A stretch of 64,000 nucleotides of DNA from Anaerolinea sp. (GTDB taxonomy: Bacteria; Chloroflexota; Limnocylindria; Limnocylindrales; CSP1-4): the NCBI GenBank assembly GCA_013822395.1, contig PNKK01000001.1, positions 20,970 to 84,969 of the forward strand. Reading direction: 5' to 3'. Shown one piece after another: positions 1 to 8,410 of the stretch (position 1 is its first letter; each line of letters begins with the position of its first letter). Below the pieces are notes generated by a model. It worked only from the letters and a program-made list of their open reading frames with translations. It had not been told where the DNA came from and did not search any database. The position numbers and the translations under genes were made by a program.

Positions 1-606
1 GGCCGCGACGATTGAGGCGAAGACGAGGATGAGGACCAGGGCTGCGATCGGCAGGGACACCGTCTCGGCGCGGGCGAGGTCCTTCTCGGACAGCTCGGCC
101 GAGTCCTTCTGGATCGGCCCGAAACCGGTGAGGGCGACGCTGTACCCGCTGGGCGGCGCGAGCTGTGCCTCGATCTGGTCGACCACCTCGACCGACTCGT
201 CGTTCGTCATGTCGAGCCCGATGACGACGTAGGTGGCGTCGCCCTTGACGCTGATGAACCGGTCGTCGCCGGTCTGCGCATAGCCCGTGATCGCGCTGAC
301 GCGCTCGTCGTCGAGGAGCGGCGCGACGGTTTCGGCGATCGCCGCCTGGAACGCGGCGGAGCGGGCGTCGGCGTCGGGGGCATCGGACCGGAAGAGCGCC
401 ACGAACGACGTTCGCCCGCCGCCGAACTCGGCCTCGAGCCGGTCGGCGACCGCGGCGGACTCGGATTTCGGGTCCAGCCACCCGCCGGCGCTCAGCTGGT
501 CCGCGGTGCCGGACGCCAGCGGCGCGGCGGCACCCGCGAGGACGAGCGTGGCGAGAAGGACGAACCGGCGCCGTCGATAGACGAACGCACCCCATCGGCT
601 GAACAT
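1..606 (-). CDS. MMPL/RND-superfamily membrane transporter, N-terminal part (gene runs off the window start)
   Basis: Reverse-strand ATG at 604-606, then open reading frame to position 1. It is absent from the ORF track because no stop falls inside the window. Translation MFSRWGAFVYRRRRFVLLATLVLAGAAAPLASG...FGPIQKDSAELSEKDLARAETVSLPIAALVLILVFASIVAA shows an N-terminal TM helix, a periplasmic loop and a second TM helix, as in MmpL-type transporters. Confidence 0.55.
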   Translation of the reverse strand, partial: MFSRWGAFVYRRRRFVLLATLVLAGAAAPLASGTADQLSAGGWLDPKSESAAVADRLEAEFGGGRTSFVALFRSDAPDADARSAAFQAAIAETVAPLLDDERVSAITGYAQTGDDRFISVKGDATYVVIGLDMTNDESVEVVDQIEAQLAPPSGYSVALTGFGPIQKDSAELSEKDLARAETVSLPIAALVLILVFASIVAA

Positions 607-787
607 GACAACCCTTCCGTGGTCGACTGGGGCGTCGTCAGGGGGCGACGCTGCACTGCTCGTTGGCACCGATACCATAGAGAACAATCATTCTCCATGT
701 CAACCGTAGCGTGCTTGCCTGACCAACTCATGCCACATATGATGAAGAACCGATGTTCCCCATGCGCGCTCGAATGACCGAACCCCA

Positions 788-802
788 GCCTCGAGTCGAG
801 GC
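788..802. promoter_or_regulatory. 15-bp perfect palindrome GCCTCGAgTCGAGGC in the divergent TetR/MMPL intergenic region (candidate TetR operator)
   Basis: Read directly from the sequence. It sits between the divergent starts at 606 (minus) and 962 (plus). Confidence 0.3.
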
Positions 803-961
803 CGCCTCCTTCCATGACCGTCGGTGTCATACGAGTGGTTCGGCGACTCCGGGGCCGCTCTCCGGGCGGCTTCGCATCACCCCGACGGCCATGCTGGATC
901 GACGCGGGCTCGCGACGACGGTTTCCGCTCATCAGGTCCTTCGGCCGACGCGGAGCCCCCG

Positions 962-1675
962 ATGCCTCGGGTGACCGCGGCCCACGAGCAAGGGGTCCGG
1001 AACCGGATCGTGGCGGCATCCCTGCGCGTGTTCGGCGAGCGCGGCTTCCACGGCGCCACGATGCAGGACGTCGTGCGCGAGAGCGGGCTCTCGGTCGGTG
1101 CGATCTATACGCACTTCAGAGGCAAGGACGAGCTGTTCATGGCCGCCTGCGACCTCGCCTCCGGGCGCGGTCTCGGCGAGCTCGCGGCGCGCGTCGCGAC
1201 CGGCCGGACGACTGCCGAGAAGTTGGCGATCGCGGTCGGGTTCTTCTTCGATGCCGCCGAGGGCGACGATGTCGCGAACCTACCCGGCAACGCTGAGTTC
1301 CTCGTCCAGGCGTGGGCCCAGGCGGATGCGGAGCCGGCCGCCCGCGAGATGCTCGTCCGGCGGCGGGAGCAGCTGGTCCTGGCTGGCTCGATGCTCCTCG
1401 AGGAGGGGATCGCCCGCGGCGAGCTTCCGCGCTGGATCGACGCGACGGCGATCGCGCGCGCCTATACGGCACTCCTCGACGGGATGCTTCTCGCGAGGGC
1501 AGAGCAGGGCGCCGGGTGGCGCCGGGCCGATGCGGAGCGCCAGGCCCGCGAGATTCTCGCCCTCGTGATCGCGGCCGCGGCGCGACCGGATCGCCCGGAC
1601 GTCGGGGAGGTCGCGCCGCGGCCGTACTCTCTCCTTGAGCCGGGCGTGTCTCGGGAGCGCGGCGCCGCGTCGTAG
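962..1675 (+). CDS. TetR/AcrR family transcriptional regulator
   Basis: N-terminal HTH motif VAASLRVFGERGFHGATMQDVVRESGLSVGAIYTHFRGKDELF. I place the start at ATG 962 (MPRVTAAHEQG) because the residues before it in ORF 824 are low-complexity and unlike TetR. A GTG at 971 is an alternative start. Confidence 0.8.
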   Translation: MPRVTAAHEQGVRNRIVAASLRVFGERGFHGATMQDVVRESGLSVGAIYTHFRGKDELFMAACDLASGRGLGELAARVATGRTTAEKLAIAVGFFFDAAEGDDVANLPGNAEFLVQAWAQADAEPAAREMLVRRREQLVLAGSMLLEEGIARGELPRWIDATAIARAYTALLDGMLLARAEQGAGWRRADAERQAREILALVIAAAARPDRPDVGEVAPRPYSLLEPGVSRERGAAS

Positions 1676-1686
1676 ACTCGCCGGCG

Positions 1687-2652
1687 ATGGCGCCATCACC
1701 GACGCCCCACGTTCAGACCGTCCTCGGCCCGATCGATCCGGCCGCCCTCGGATTCACGCTGCCCCACGAGCACACCGCGATAACCCTCTGGCAGATCCCC
1801 GGCCGATGGGACTACTGGGAGCTGACGCGCGACGAGCCGGTGATCACCGCGGAGCTCGCCCGGTTCCGTGACGCCGGCGGCTCGGCCCTCGTCGACGTCA
1901 CGCTGCCTGGGGTCGGCCGGGATCCCGCCTGGCTCGTCCGCCTCGCCCGGGCCACCGGCCTCCAGATCGTCATGGGCTGCGGCTGGTATCGCGGCGCCTA
2001 CTACCCGGCCGAGACGCTGGTCGATCGCCGGCCGGTCGACGATCTCGCCGACGAGCTCGTTCGTGAGGCGGAGGAGGGGATCTCGGTCGAGGGTGTCGGC
2101 GCTCCCGTCAGGCCCGGGATCATCGGAGAGATCGGGACGGACAAGCCGTGGCTGTCGGCCCAGGAGGAGCGGGTCCATCGGGCGGTCGCCCGTGCGTCCC
2201 GGCGGACCGGCCTCGCGATCACGACCCACGCTGTGATGAGCGATGTCGGGCTGGCGCAGCTCGACGTCTTCGAGGCCGAGGGCGCCGATCCAGGCCGGGT
2301 CGTCATCGGCCACGCCGACTCGTACCCGGTCCTCGATCACCACCTCGAGATCATCCGACGGGGCGCGACCATCGAGTTCGACTTCCTCGGCATGTCGTTC
2401 ACGCCGCAGGAACGCCACGGCGAACCGCGCGTCATCGATCTCGTGCTCGAGCTGCTGTCACGCGGCCACGCGGACCGCTTGCTGCTCAGCCAGGACGTCT
2501 GCCACAACCAGCAGCTCCGCCGCTACGAGGGCAACGGCTACACGTACCTCCAGGAGACGTTCCTGCCGCGCCTCCGCACCCGCGGGGTCTCCGACGCCGA
2601 GATCGACCAACTGACGGTCCGCAACCCGAGGCGCATCCTGACCATCGCGTGA
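1687..2652 (+). CDS. phosphotriesterase-family (PTE/PHP, TIM-barrel amidohydrolase) protein
   Basis: 321 aa. His-rich metal-ligand pattern (PHEHT..., HTHAVMSD, GHADS). Length and layout match the phosphotriesterase homology protein and PTE-like lactonase group. Confidence 0.75.
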   Translation: MAPSPTPHVQTVLGPIDPAALGFTLPHEHTAITLWQIPGRWDYWELTRDEPVITAELARFRDAGGSALVDVTLPGVGRDPAWLVRLARATGLQIVMGCGWYRGAYYPAETLVDRRPVDDLADELVREAEEGISVEGVGAPVRPGIIGEIGTDKPWLSAQEERVHRAVARASRRTGLAITTHAVMSDVGLAQLDVFEAEGADPGRVVIGHADSYPVLDHHLEIIRRGATIEFDFLGMSFTPQERHGEPRVIDLVLELLSRGHADRLLLSQDVCHNQQLRRYEGNGYTYLQETFLPRLRTRGVSDAEIDQLTVRNPRRILTIA

Positions 2653-2774
2653 CAGCACGCAACCGACCCTCGGTTGACCTCGCCCTGCGTCGGGTCTTGT
2701 CGAATGGCCGGGTCCGATCGTGACCCTCGGGCCTTGGAGGCGATGCTGGTGGTGGGCACAGTGGGCCGTCGGAG

Positions 2775-3746
2775 GTGCTCCGCATGCCCGACGCGATCAT
2801 CCACACCGAGCGTCTGACCAAGCGCTACGGGCACGCCCGTGGGATCACGGACGTCGACCTCGAGGTTCGCCCGGGCGAGGTCTTCGGGTTCCTCGGCCCG
2901 AACGGCGCCGGGAAGACGACGACGATCCGGCTGCTCCTCGACTTCATTCGCCCGACGAGCGGCCGGGCGCTGCTCTTCGGGCTCGACAGCCGGCGGGACA
3001 GCCGCGCAGTCCGTCGCCGGATCGGCTACCTGCCGGGGGAGCTGACGCTCTACGACTCCCTGAGCGGCGTGGAGCTCCTGACGTTCTTCGCCCATCTCCG
3101 TGGTCTGCCGTCGATCGATGGCGGCCGCCGCGTCGCCAAGCGCCTCGACTGCGACCTGACCCGTGAGATCAAGGCCCTGTCCCACGGCAACCGCCAGAAG
3201 CTGGGCCTCGTACAGGCGCTCATGGGCGATCCCGAGCTGACGATCTTCGATGAGCCGACGCTCGGGCTCGACCCACTCGTTCAGGCCGAGTTCTTCAAGC
3301 TCGTGGACGAGCTCCGCGCGGCTGGGCGGACGCTCTTCATCTCATCCCACAACCTGCCCGAGATCCAGCGGCTGTGCGACCGGGTCGGGATCATCCGGGA
3401 AGGCCGCCTGCTGGCTGTCGAGTCGGTCTCAGACCTGAAGCGCCGAGCGGTCCGCCGCCTGGAGCTCCGCTTCGCCGAGCCGGTCACGACCGAGCGGTTC
3501 GCCAGCGTGCCCGGGGTGCGCGAGCTCGCCATCGATGGTCTCCACCTGTCGTGTGTCGTCACGGGCTCGGTCGACCCGATCCTCCGTGCCGCCCTCGAGC
3601 TACGCGTGGAGGACGTCATCAGCCACGAGCCGAGCCTCGAGGAGATCTTCCTGGCCTTCTACGGGAACGGCGTCTCCGGCGGGCCTCCCCCCGACGCCGT
3701 CCCGACCGCGGGCGCGCCCGCCGAGGAGGTGTCCCATGCTGCGTAG
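2775..3746 (+). CDS. ABC transporter ATP-binding protein (ABC-2 exporter type)
   Basis: Walker A GPNGAGKTTT, ABC signature LSHGNRQKLGL, Walker B IFDEPTLGLD. Confidence 0.85.
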   Translation: MLRMPDAIIHTERLTKRYGHARGITDVDLEVRPGEVFGFLGPNGAGKTTTIRLLLDFIRPTSGRALLFGLDSRRDSRAVRRRIGYLPGELTLYDSLSGVELLTFFAHLRGLPSIDGGRRVAKRLDCDLTREIKALSHGNRQKLGLVQALMGDPELTIFDEPTLGLDPLVQAEFFKLVDELRAAGRTLFISSHNLPEIQRLCDRVGIIREGRLLAVESVSDLKRRAVRRLELRFAEPVTTERFASVPGVRELAIDGLHLSCVVTGSVDPILRAALELRVEDVISHEPSLEEIFLAFYGNGVSGGPPPDAVPTAGAPAEEVSHAA

Positions 3747-4536
3747 CGTCTTCGGCAAGGTCATCCACGACCAATGGCGGATCGTCCTGGGTTGGGCCGC
3801 CTTCGCCGGGATCTGGCCGGCGATGTACGTCGCGCTCTACCCGTCGATCGGCGCGATCGGCGAGCTGCAGCGGATGCTCGAGCAGTTCCCGCCGGCGCTC
3901 CGCGAGTTCTTCGCGTCCAGCAGTCTGGACCTGAGCTCCCCGGAGGGGTTCCTGAACATGGAGCTCTTCACGTTCGTCGCGCCGCTCCTCGTCCTCGCCT
4001 ACACGGTCGTGGTATGCGGTGGTGCGACGGCGGGCGAGGAGGAGCGCGGCACGCTGGACCTGCTCCTTGCGAATCCGATCCCTCGATGGCGGGTCGTCGT
4101 CGAGAAGTCGGCTGCGTTCGTCATCGGCACGATCGTCATCGGCGTTGGGATGTGGGTTGGCGCGGCGGTCGGCGCGGCGGCGGTGGGTGTGGACCTCGAC
4201 CTGGGGCTTGTGGGTCAGGCGATTGTGAGCTCACTTCTGCTTGGGTTCGCGCTCGGCGGCCTGGCGCTGGCACTCGGGGCGCTCACCGGCCGGCGCTGGC
4301 TCGCCGCCGGGGTGTCGCTCATGGTGGCGATCGCCGGGTTCTTCCTCAACGGTCTGGGTGCGCTCGTCGACTGGCTCGAGCCGTGGCGACCGATCTCGCC
4401 CTTCTACCACTACATATCGAATGACCCGCTGACCAACGGCCTCGATCCGGGGAACGTTCTCGTGCTGGTCGCCTGGGCGGTGGTCGGCGGGGTCATTGCG
4501 GTCGTGGCGTTCGAGCGACGCGACCTCGCCCGGTAG
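3736..4536 (+). CDS. ABC-2 family transporter permease
   Basis: ATG at 3736 preceded by GAGGAGG at 3723-3729. It overlaps the stop of the ATPase gene. The protein is hydrophobic with six predicted TM helices (MLRSVFGKVIHDQWRIVLGWAAFAGIW...). Confidence 0.75.
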   Translation: MLRSVFGKVIHDQWRIVLGWAAFAGIWPAMYVALYPSIGAIGELQRMLEQFPPALREFFASSSLDLSSPEGFLNMELFTFVAPLLVLAYTVVVCGGATAGEEERGTLDLLLANPIPRWRVVVEKSAAFVIGTIVIGVGMWVGAAVGAAAVGVDLDLGLVGQAIVSSLLLGFALGGLALALGALTGRRWLAAGVSLMVAIAGFFLNGLGALVDWLEPWRPISPFYHYISNDPLTNGLDPGNVLVLVAWAVVGGVIAVVAFERRDLAR

Positions 4537-4559
4537 GTGCGATCTCCGATCCCAGGGAC

Positions 4560-4810
4560 CGGGGCCCTGGTCGATCCATCGACCATCCGACGAAGGAGCG
4601 CGGCCCGAGGGACCGGAAGCGGCACCTCGGCCACCGCTCGGTCGATCTATCGACCATGAGACGAAGGACGGGCTCTCGGCCGGAGTCAGGTTCGTCGCAT
4701 GGCCGATCCGTGGACCAGCCGAGGCGATGACGACCCAGCGGACGTGCGGACGAACGGACGCGGTTGGACGTTCGTCGCACGGCCGATCCGTGGACCAGCC
4801 GAGGCGCCTG
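4560..4810. repeat. degenerate tandem array of ~78-80-bp units (MIRU/VNTR-like minisatellite) containing two palindromic GGTCGATC(c/t)ATCGACC hairpins
   Basis: A 36-bp block TTCGTCGCAYGGCCGATCCGTGGACCAGCCGAGGCG occurs at 4692-4727 and again at 4770-4805. A block GGTCGATCYATCGACCAT..GACGAAGGA occurs at 4569-4600 and 4649-4680. Period is about 80 bp. Confidence 0.5.
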
Positions 4811-4872
4811 GCAGGACGGCGCGGGTCGGCTGGACCAACACCGTCACGGATCACCCGTCGTCGTTGACCAAA

Positions 4873-4901
4873 CCCAGGCCCGGGCGGCGCTCGGGCCTGG
4901 G
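4873..4901. terminator. GC-rich hairpin CCCAGGCCCG-ggcggcgct-CGGGCCTGGG between the convergent ABC-2 operon and the osmC-like gene
   Basis: 10-bp perfect stem lying directly 3' of both convergent genes. There is no T-tract, which is usual for high-GC genomes. Confidence 0.4.
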
Positions 4902-4911
4902 CCGGCGGCGT

Positions 4912-5358
4912 TCAGCTTGTCGCGAGCGTGGCCTCGACGCTCAGTTCGACGTTGCCCTTCAGGGCGATTGAGATCGGGCAGTTCTGCTTGGCGTCCTCGG
5001 CGATCGTGGCGAACGTCGCGGCATCGATGCCGGGGACATCGCCGACCACCGTTATATGGCTCCTCGTGACCTTCCAGCCGCCACCCGCGTTGTCGAAGGT
5101 GACCTCTGCCTTCACGTTGAGCTTCGTGGCCGGCGTGCCGTTCTTCGCCAGCCGCGCGGAGAAGGCCATCGAGAAGCAGCTGCCGTGGGCTGCCGCGAGC
5201 AGCTCCTCGGGCGACGTCTTGCCGTTGTGCGGCCCAGTGCGGGCCGCCCACGAGACGGGCATCCTCGAGAAGACGCCGCTCGAGACGTAATCGATCGTGC
5301 CGGCACCGGAGATCAGGTCACCGTTCCAGGTGACGAGGGCGTGACGCTGTTCGGCCAT
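4912..5358 (-). CDS. OsmC/Ohr family peroxiredoxin-like protein
   Basis: 148 aa starting MAEQRHALVTWNGDL. Contains ...PEELLAAAHGSCFSMAF... and ...AEDAKQNCPIS..., the two conserved Cys of OsmC. The longer ORF in the track (305 aa) is an upstream extension of low-complexity sequence. Confidence 0.85.
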   Translation of the reverse strand: MAEQRHALVTWNGDLISGAGTIDYVSSGVFSRMPVSWAARTGPHNGKTSPEELLAAAHGSCFSMAFSARLAKNGTPATKLNVKAEVTFDNAGGGWKVTRSHITVVGDVPGIDAATFATIAEDAKQNCPISIALKGNVELSVEATLATS

Positions 5359-5446
5359 GGCGGGTCTCCTCCAGGCAGGGTTGCTCGATCGATGTCGAAC
5401 AGATCGTCGCACAAGGTCGGCCGAGCAGCGCGCGTGGACGATGAGC

Positions 5447-6730
5447 TCACCGACCCAGGATCGCTCGGACCTGGGTGAGGAACGGCCGATGCCGCACGGT
5501 GCGCGGCCAGACGATCCGTTGCGTCCCACCGAAGTCGCGGTGGGCGGCGACGGCCGCCGCGAATGCGGCCGCGAAGCCGTCCGCCTCGAGTGGGTCGAAA
5601 CCGTCCTCCCACCACAGGCCGGCGACTCGGAGCGAGCCGGCCCGTCGTTCGATCCGTGGCTCGATCCGCCCGACGAGGCGGTCGCCGAACAGGATTGGCA
5701 GGACGTAGTACCCCCAGCGACGTTTCGCGGCCGGGACGTAGACCTCCCAGACGTAGTCGAAGTCGTGCAGCGTGCGCAGGAACCGGCGGTCCCAGACAAA
5801 CGGGTCGAGGGGGGCGAGGAAGGCCACACCCGGCTCCACGCCGTCGGCCGGCTCGCCCGCCGCGACCTCGCGCTCCGACTGCTCCAGGAGCGGCCACTCG
5901 GGGCCGACGACGTAGCGTTCCCCGGGGACGCCCTCGACGATCACCGGCCGGAGGGCACCGGCCTCCACGAGCTCGGCCCGGAGCGCGTGCCGCTCGGCCG
6001 CGTCGCGGCCGGTCCCGTACCAGAGCAGCGAGTCGCCCCCGGTCCCGAGGAGGCCGTGGCCGCGGTAGCGGGAGAGGAGGCGGTGGCGGCGCTGGTCGCC
6101 CTCCGGCACCCGTGTCTCGAGAAGCTCGGCCGGGAAGAGCCGCTCGGCGAGGTCGTAGACACGGAGGTTGCCCTCCCGCCGGGCGATGCCGAGGATCCCG
6201 GCCTCGGCCAGGGCCTCGAGGATCGCTCGGACCTGGTTCGTCGGGCGCCAGTACCACTCGATCGACGCCCGGGGGCCCACGTCCCGGGGGAGCAGCGGCC
6301 CGCCCTCGCGGATCCGTCCGAGCAGCTCCTCCACGAGCGGCGCGTGCACGTCGAATGCGCCGCCGCTGTGCTCCGCGTGGTTCCGGTCCCAGGTCAGGCG
6401 GTACCACGGCAGCTCCGCGGTCGGGACGATCGAGAGCTGCTTGTTGTAGGTCTCATAGAGGACGCGGTCCCCGTACAGCCAGCGATCGGTCCACTCGCGC
6501 CGGTAGCCGGCGATGCGCGCGAGCAGCACGAGATCGTGGTTGCGGCCTGCGATCTCGAGGGGGTCGAACTGGAGCGAGCCGACCCGATCGATGACCCGGA
6601 GCACGCTCTCCGGCGCCGCCGGCAGCGCGCGCGGCGGCGCGAGCAGGTGGCGCAGGACGAGGAATCGCCGCGCGACGGCGCGGCTCAGGTGCGGGATGGG
6701 CTCGGCCACCGAGCGATGGTATCGGCCCAA
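5447..6730 (-). CDS. winged-helix DNA-binding protein of the YcaQ/AlkZ (DUF1006) DNA-glycosylase family
   Basis: 427 aa. Begins LVLRHLLAPPRALPA...RVIDRVGSLQFDPLEIAGRNHDLVLLARI, which includes a Q-F-D catalytic-type motif. Composition and length match YcaQ-like proteins. Confidence 0.55.
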   Translation of the reverse strand: MGRYHRSVAEPIPHLSRAVARRFLVLRHLLAPPRALPAAPESVLRVIDRVGSLQFDPLEIAGRNHDLVLLARIAGYRREWTDRWLYGDRVLYETYNKQLSIVPTAELPWYRLTWDRNHAEHSGGAFDVHAPLVEELLGRIREGGPLLPRDVGPRASIEWYWRPTNQVRAILEALAEAGILGIARREGNLRVYDLAERLFPAELLETRVPEGDQRRHRLLSRYRGHGLLGTGGDSLLWYGTGRDAAERHALRAELVEAGALRPVIVEGVPGERYVVGPEWPLLEQSEREVAAGEPADGVEPGVAFLAPLDPFVWDRRFLRTLHDFDYVWEVYVPAAKRRWGYYVLPILFGDRLVGRIEPRIERRAGSLRVAGLWWEDGFDPLEADGFAAAFAAAVAAHRDFGGTQRIVWPRTVRHRPFLTQVRAILGR

Positions 6731-6928
6731 CCGGTGATGGGCACCCGGTCGCGATCGACGAGATCGATCACCCGGAAGGCGAGTGTGCTCCGCAGGTTGC
6801 GCCGACGTGGTTCCTGGGTTGCGTGATCAGCTCGGTCGCAGCCTGGGAGATCGATGGGATCGATCAAACGACCCGGCCGTCGGACTTGGCGCCGTGCGCG
6901 CGGTCGGTGAGCCGGCGCGGATCCTCGC

Positions 6929-7414
6929 CTGACCGGCCGGCCGATCGGGATCAGCGCGCTCATCGGCTTCCTCATGCTCATCGGGATCGTCGTGACGAAC
7001 GCGATCGTCCTGCTCGATCTCGTGGAGCAACTCCGGCACAAGGGGATGACGACCGACAGGGCGCTCATCCAGGCGGGCCGCACCCGCGTCCGCCCGATCC
7101 TCATGACCGCCGTGGCGACGATCATCGCGCTCGCGCCGCTCGCGCTCGGGTTCAACGAGGGCTCGATCATCGCGGCTGAGCTGGGGACGGTCGTCATCGG
7201 CGGCCTGATCAGCTCCACGCTGCTGACCCTCATCGTGGTCCCGGTGATCTACTCGCTCGTGGATGTGGCGAAGGTCGGGGTCCGCCGGCGCTTCGGCGGG
7301 CATCCAGGCTCGCCGCACACCGCCGGATATGGAGCTGCGAGGCCGGGAGCCCGCGGCCGCGCGGTCAGGGGGACCGCGGCCCGGTGCCGACCAGCGCGGC
7401 GAGCCGGTCGATGA
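6929..7414 (+). pseudogene. 3'-terminal remnant of an RND/MMPL-family efflux transporter gene (last TM bundle only)
   Basis: The frame opens just after a stop at about 6925. Translation ...GISALIGFLMLIGIVVTNAIVLLDLVEQLRHKGMTTDRALIQAGRTRVRPILMTAVATIIALAPLALGF...VVPVIYSLVD matches the conserved C-terminal helices of RND permeases. The upstream ~2.5 kb that a full gene needs is missing. Confidence 0.55.
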
Positions 7415-7865
7415 ACGCGGCCTGCGAGGCGTTCGCCCTGCGACGGGCTTCTTCGATCGGGAACCAGGTGACGCGGTCGATCTCCGGGAACGTCCGTAGC
7501 CGGGAGCTACCCGGTGGCCATGGCATCTCGAACGTGTTCGAGGTGGCCGTCGCCGGATCGAGGTCGCCCTCCACCGCCCAGCAGTGGACCCGCTTGCCGC
7601 TCGCCTGGACCACCGACCCGAGATCCAGCGGCGGCTCGGCCGGGTCGCCGGCCACCGCGGCGAGCGCATGGCCGGTCTCCTCCTCGAACTCGCGGGCGGC
7701 GGCCGCGAGCAGCTCGTCGCCGTCGTCGGGCTCACCCTTCGGGATCGTCCAGTGCCCGTGGTCGCGGCTCGTGAAGAACGGGCCGCCAGGATGGGCGAGC
7801 AGCACCTCGAGCTCGCCGTCGTGGCGCCGGTAGAGGAGGATCCCCGCGCTGATCCGACGACTCAC
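7365..7865 (-). CDS. NUDIX hydrolase
   Basis: Nudix box GEPDDGDELLAAAAREFEEETG. Confidence 0.85.
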   Translation of the reverse strand: MSRRISAGILLYRRHDGELEVLLAHPGGPFFTSRDHGHWTIPKGEPDDGDELLAAAAREFEEETGHALAAVAGDPAEPPLDLGSVVQASGKRVHCWAVEGDLDPATATSNTFEMPWPPGSSRLRTFPEIDRVTWFPIEEARRRANASQAAFIDRLAALVGTGPRSP

Positions 7866-8410
7866 AGGCCGCTGTTCCCTGGAGTCCGATAGCGGCGGTG
7901 GCGCTGGCGGATGTGGACCGCACCGCCTTCTCGGGGAACGACGCTGACCGAGCCGTCGTGCTCGAGCGTGGCCAGCCGGACCTCGGAGATCGACTCGAGG
8001 CCGTGCTCGCGGAGGGCCGCCTGGAGGTCCTCGTCGTCCAGCCCCTCATGCTCGAGGGCCGGGCGCAGCCAGGCCCCGTCGAGGGCGATGGTGGTCGGGG
8101 GGACGTCGATCAGCCGCCGGAACGCCGGGAAGCGGCGCCGGGCCCCGGCGACGACGTGGTTGACCCCGAAGAGCGTCAGGATGATGGTGAGAGCCCCCGG
8201 GAGCGAGGCGTCAGGGCCGGTCATCGCCGGCTGGAGCGCGTTGGCCGCGAGCAGGATCGCGGCCAGGTCGAACAGGGTGAATTGGCCGAGCTCTCGCTTG
8301 CCTGACAGGCGAAGGGCCGCGAGGAAGATGGCGTACACGACGAGGCTGCGAACGACGAGCTCCAGCGGCGGCACCCCGAATCGCCAGAGGTCGCTCGCGG
8401 GATCGAACAT
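7862..8410 (-). CDS. DUF421 (YetF-like) membrane protein
   Basis: 182 aa from MFDPASDLWRFGVPPLELVVRSLVVYAIFLAALRLSGKRELGQFTLFDLA. It overlaps the NUDIX gene by 4 bp (start codon 8408-8410), so the two are probably an operon. Confidence 0.65.
   Translation of the reverse strand: MFDPASDLWRFGVPPLELVVRSLVVYAIFLAALRLSGKRELGQFTLFDLAAILLAANALQPAMTGPDASLPGALTIILTLFGVNHVVAGARRRFPAFRRLIDVPPTTIALDGAWLRPALEHEGLDDEDLQAALREHGLESISEVRLATLEHDGSVSVVPREGGAVHIRQRHRRYRTPGNSGL

Noticed and set aside
4560-4810. Possible CRISPR array
   Set aside because: The repeat units are about 80 bp and mutually degenerate. There are no identical short repeats separated by unique spacers, and no cas genes nearby. This fits a MIRU/VNTR-like minisatellite better.
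5357-6826. 489-aa plus-strand ORF
   Set aside because: It is antisense to the YcaQ-like gene and is an Arg/Pro/Gly-rich nonsense translation.
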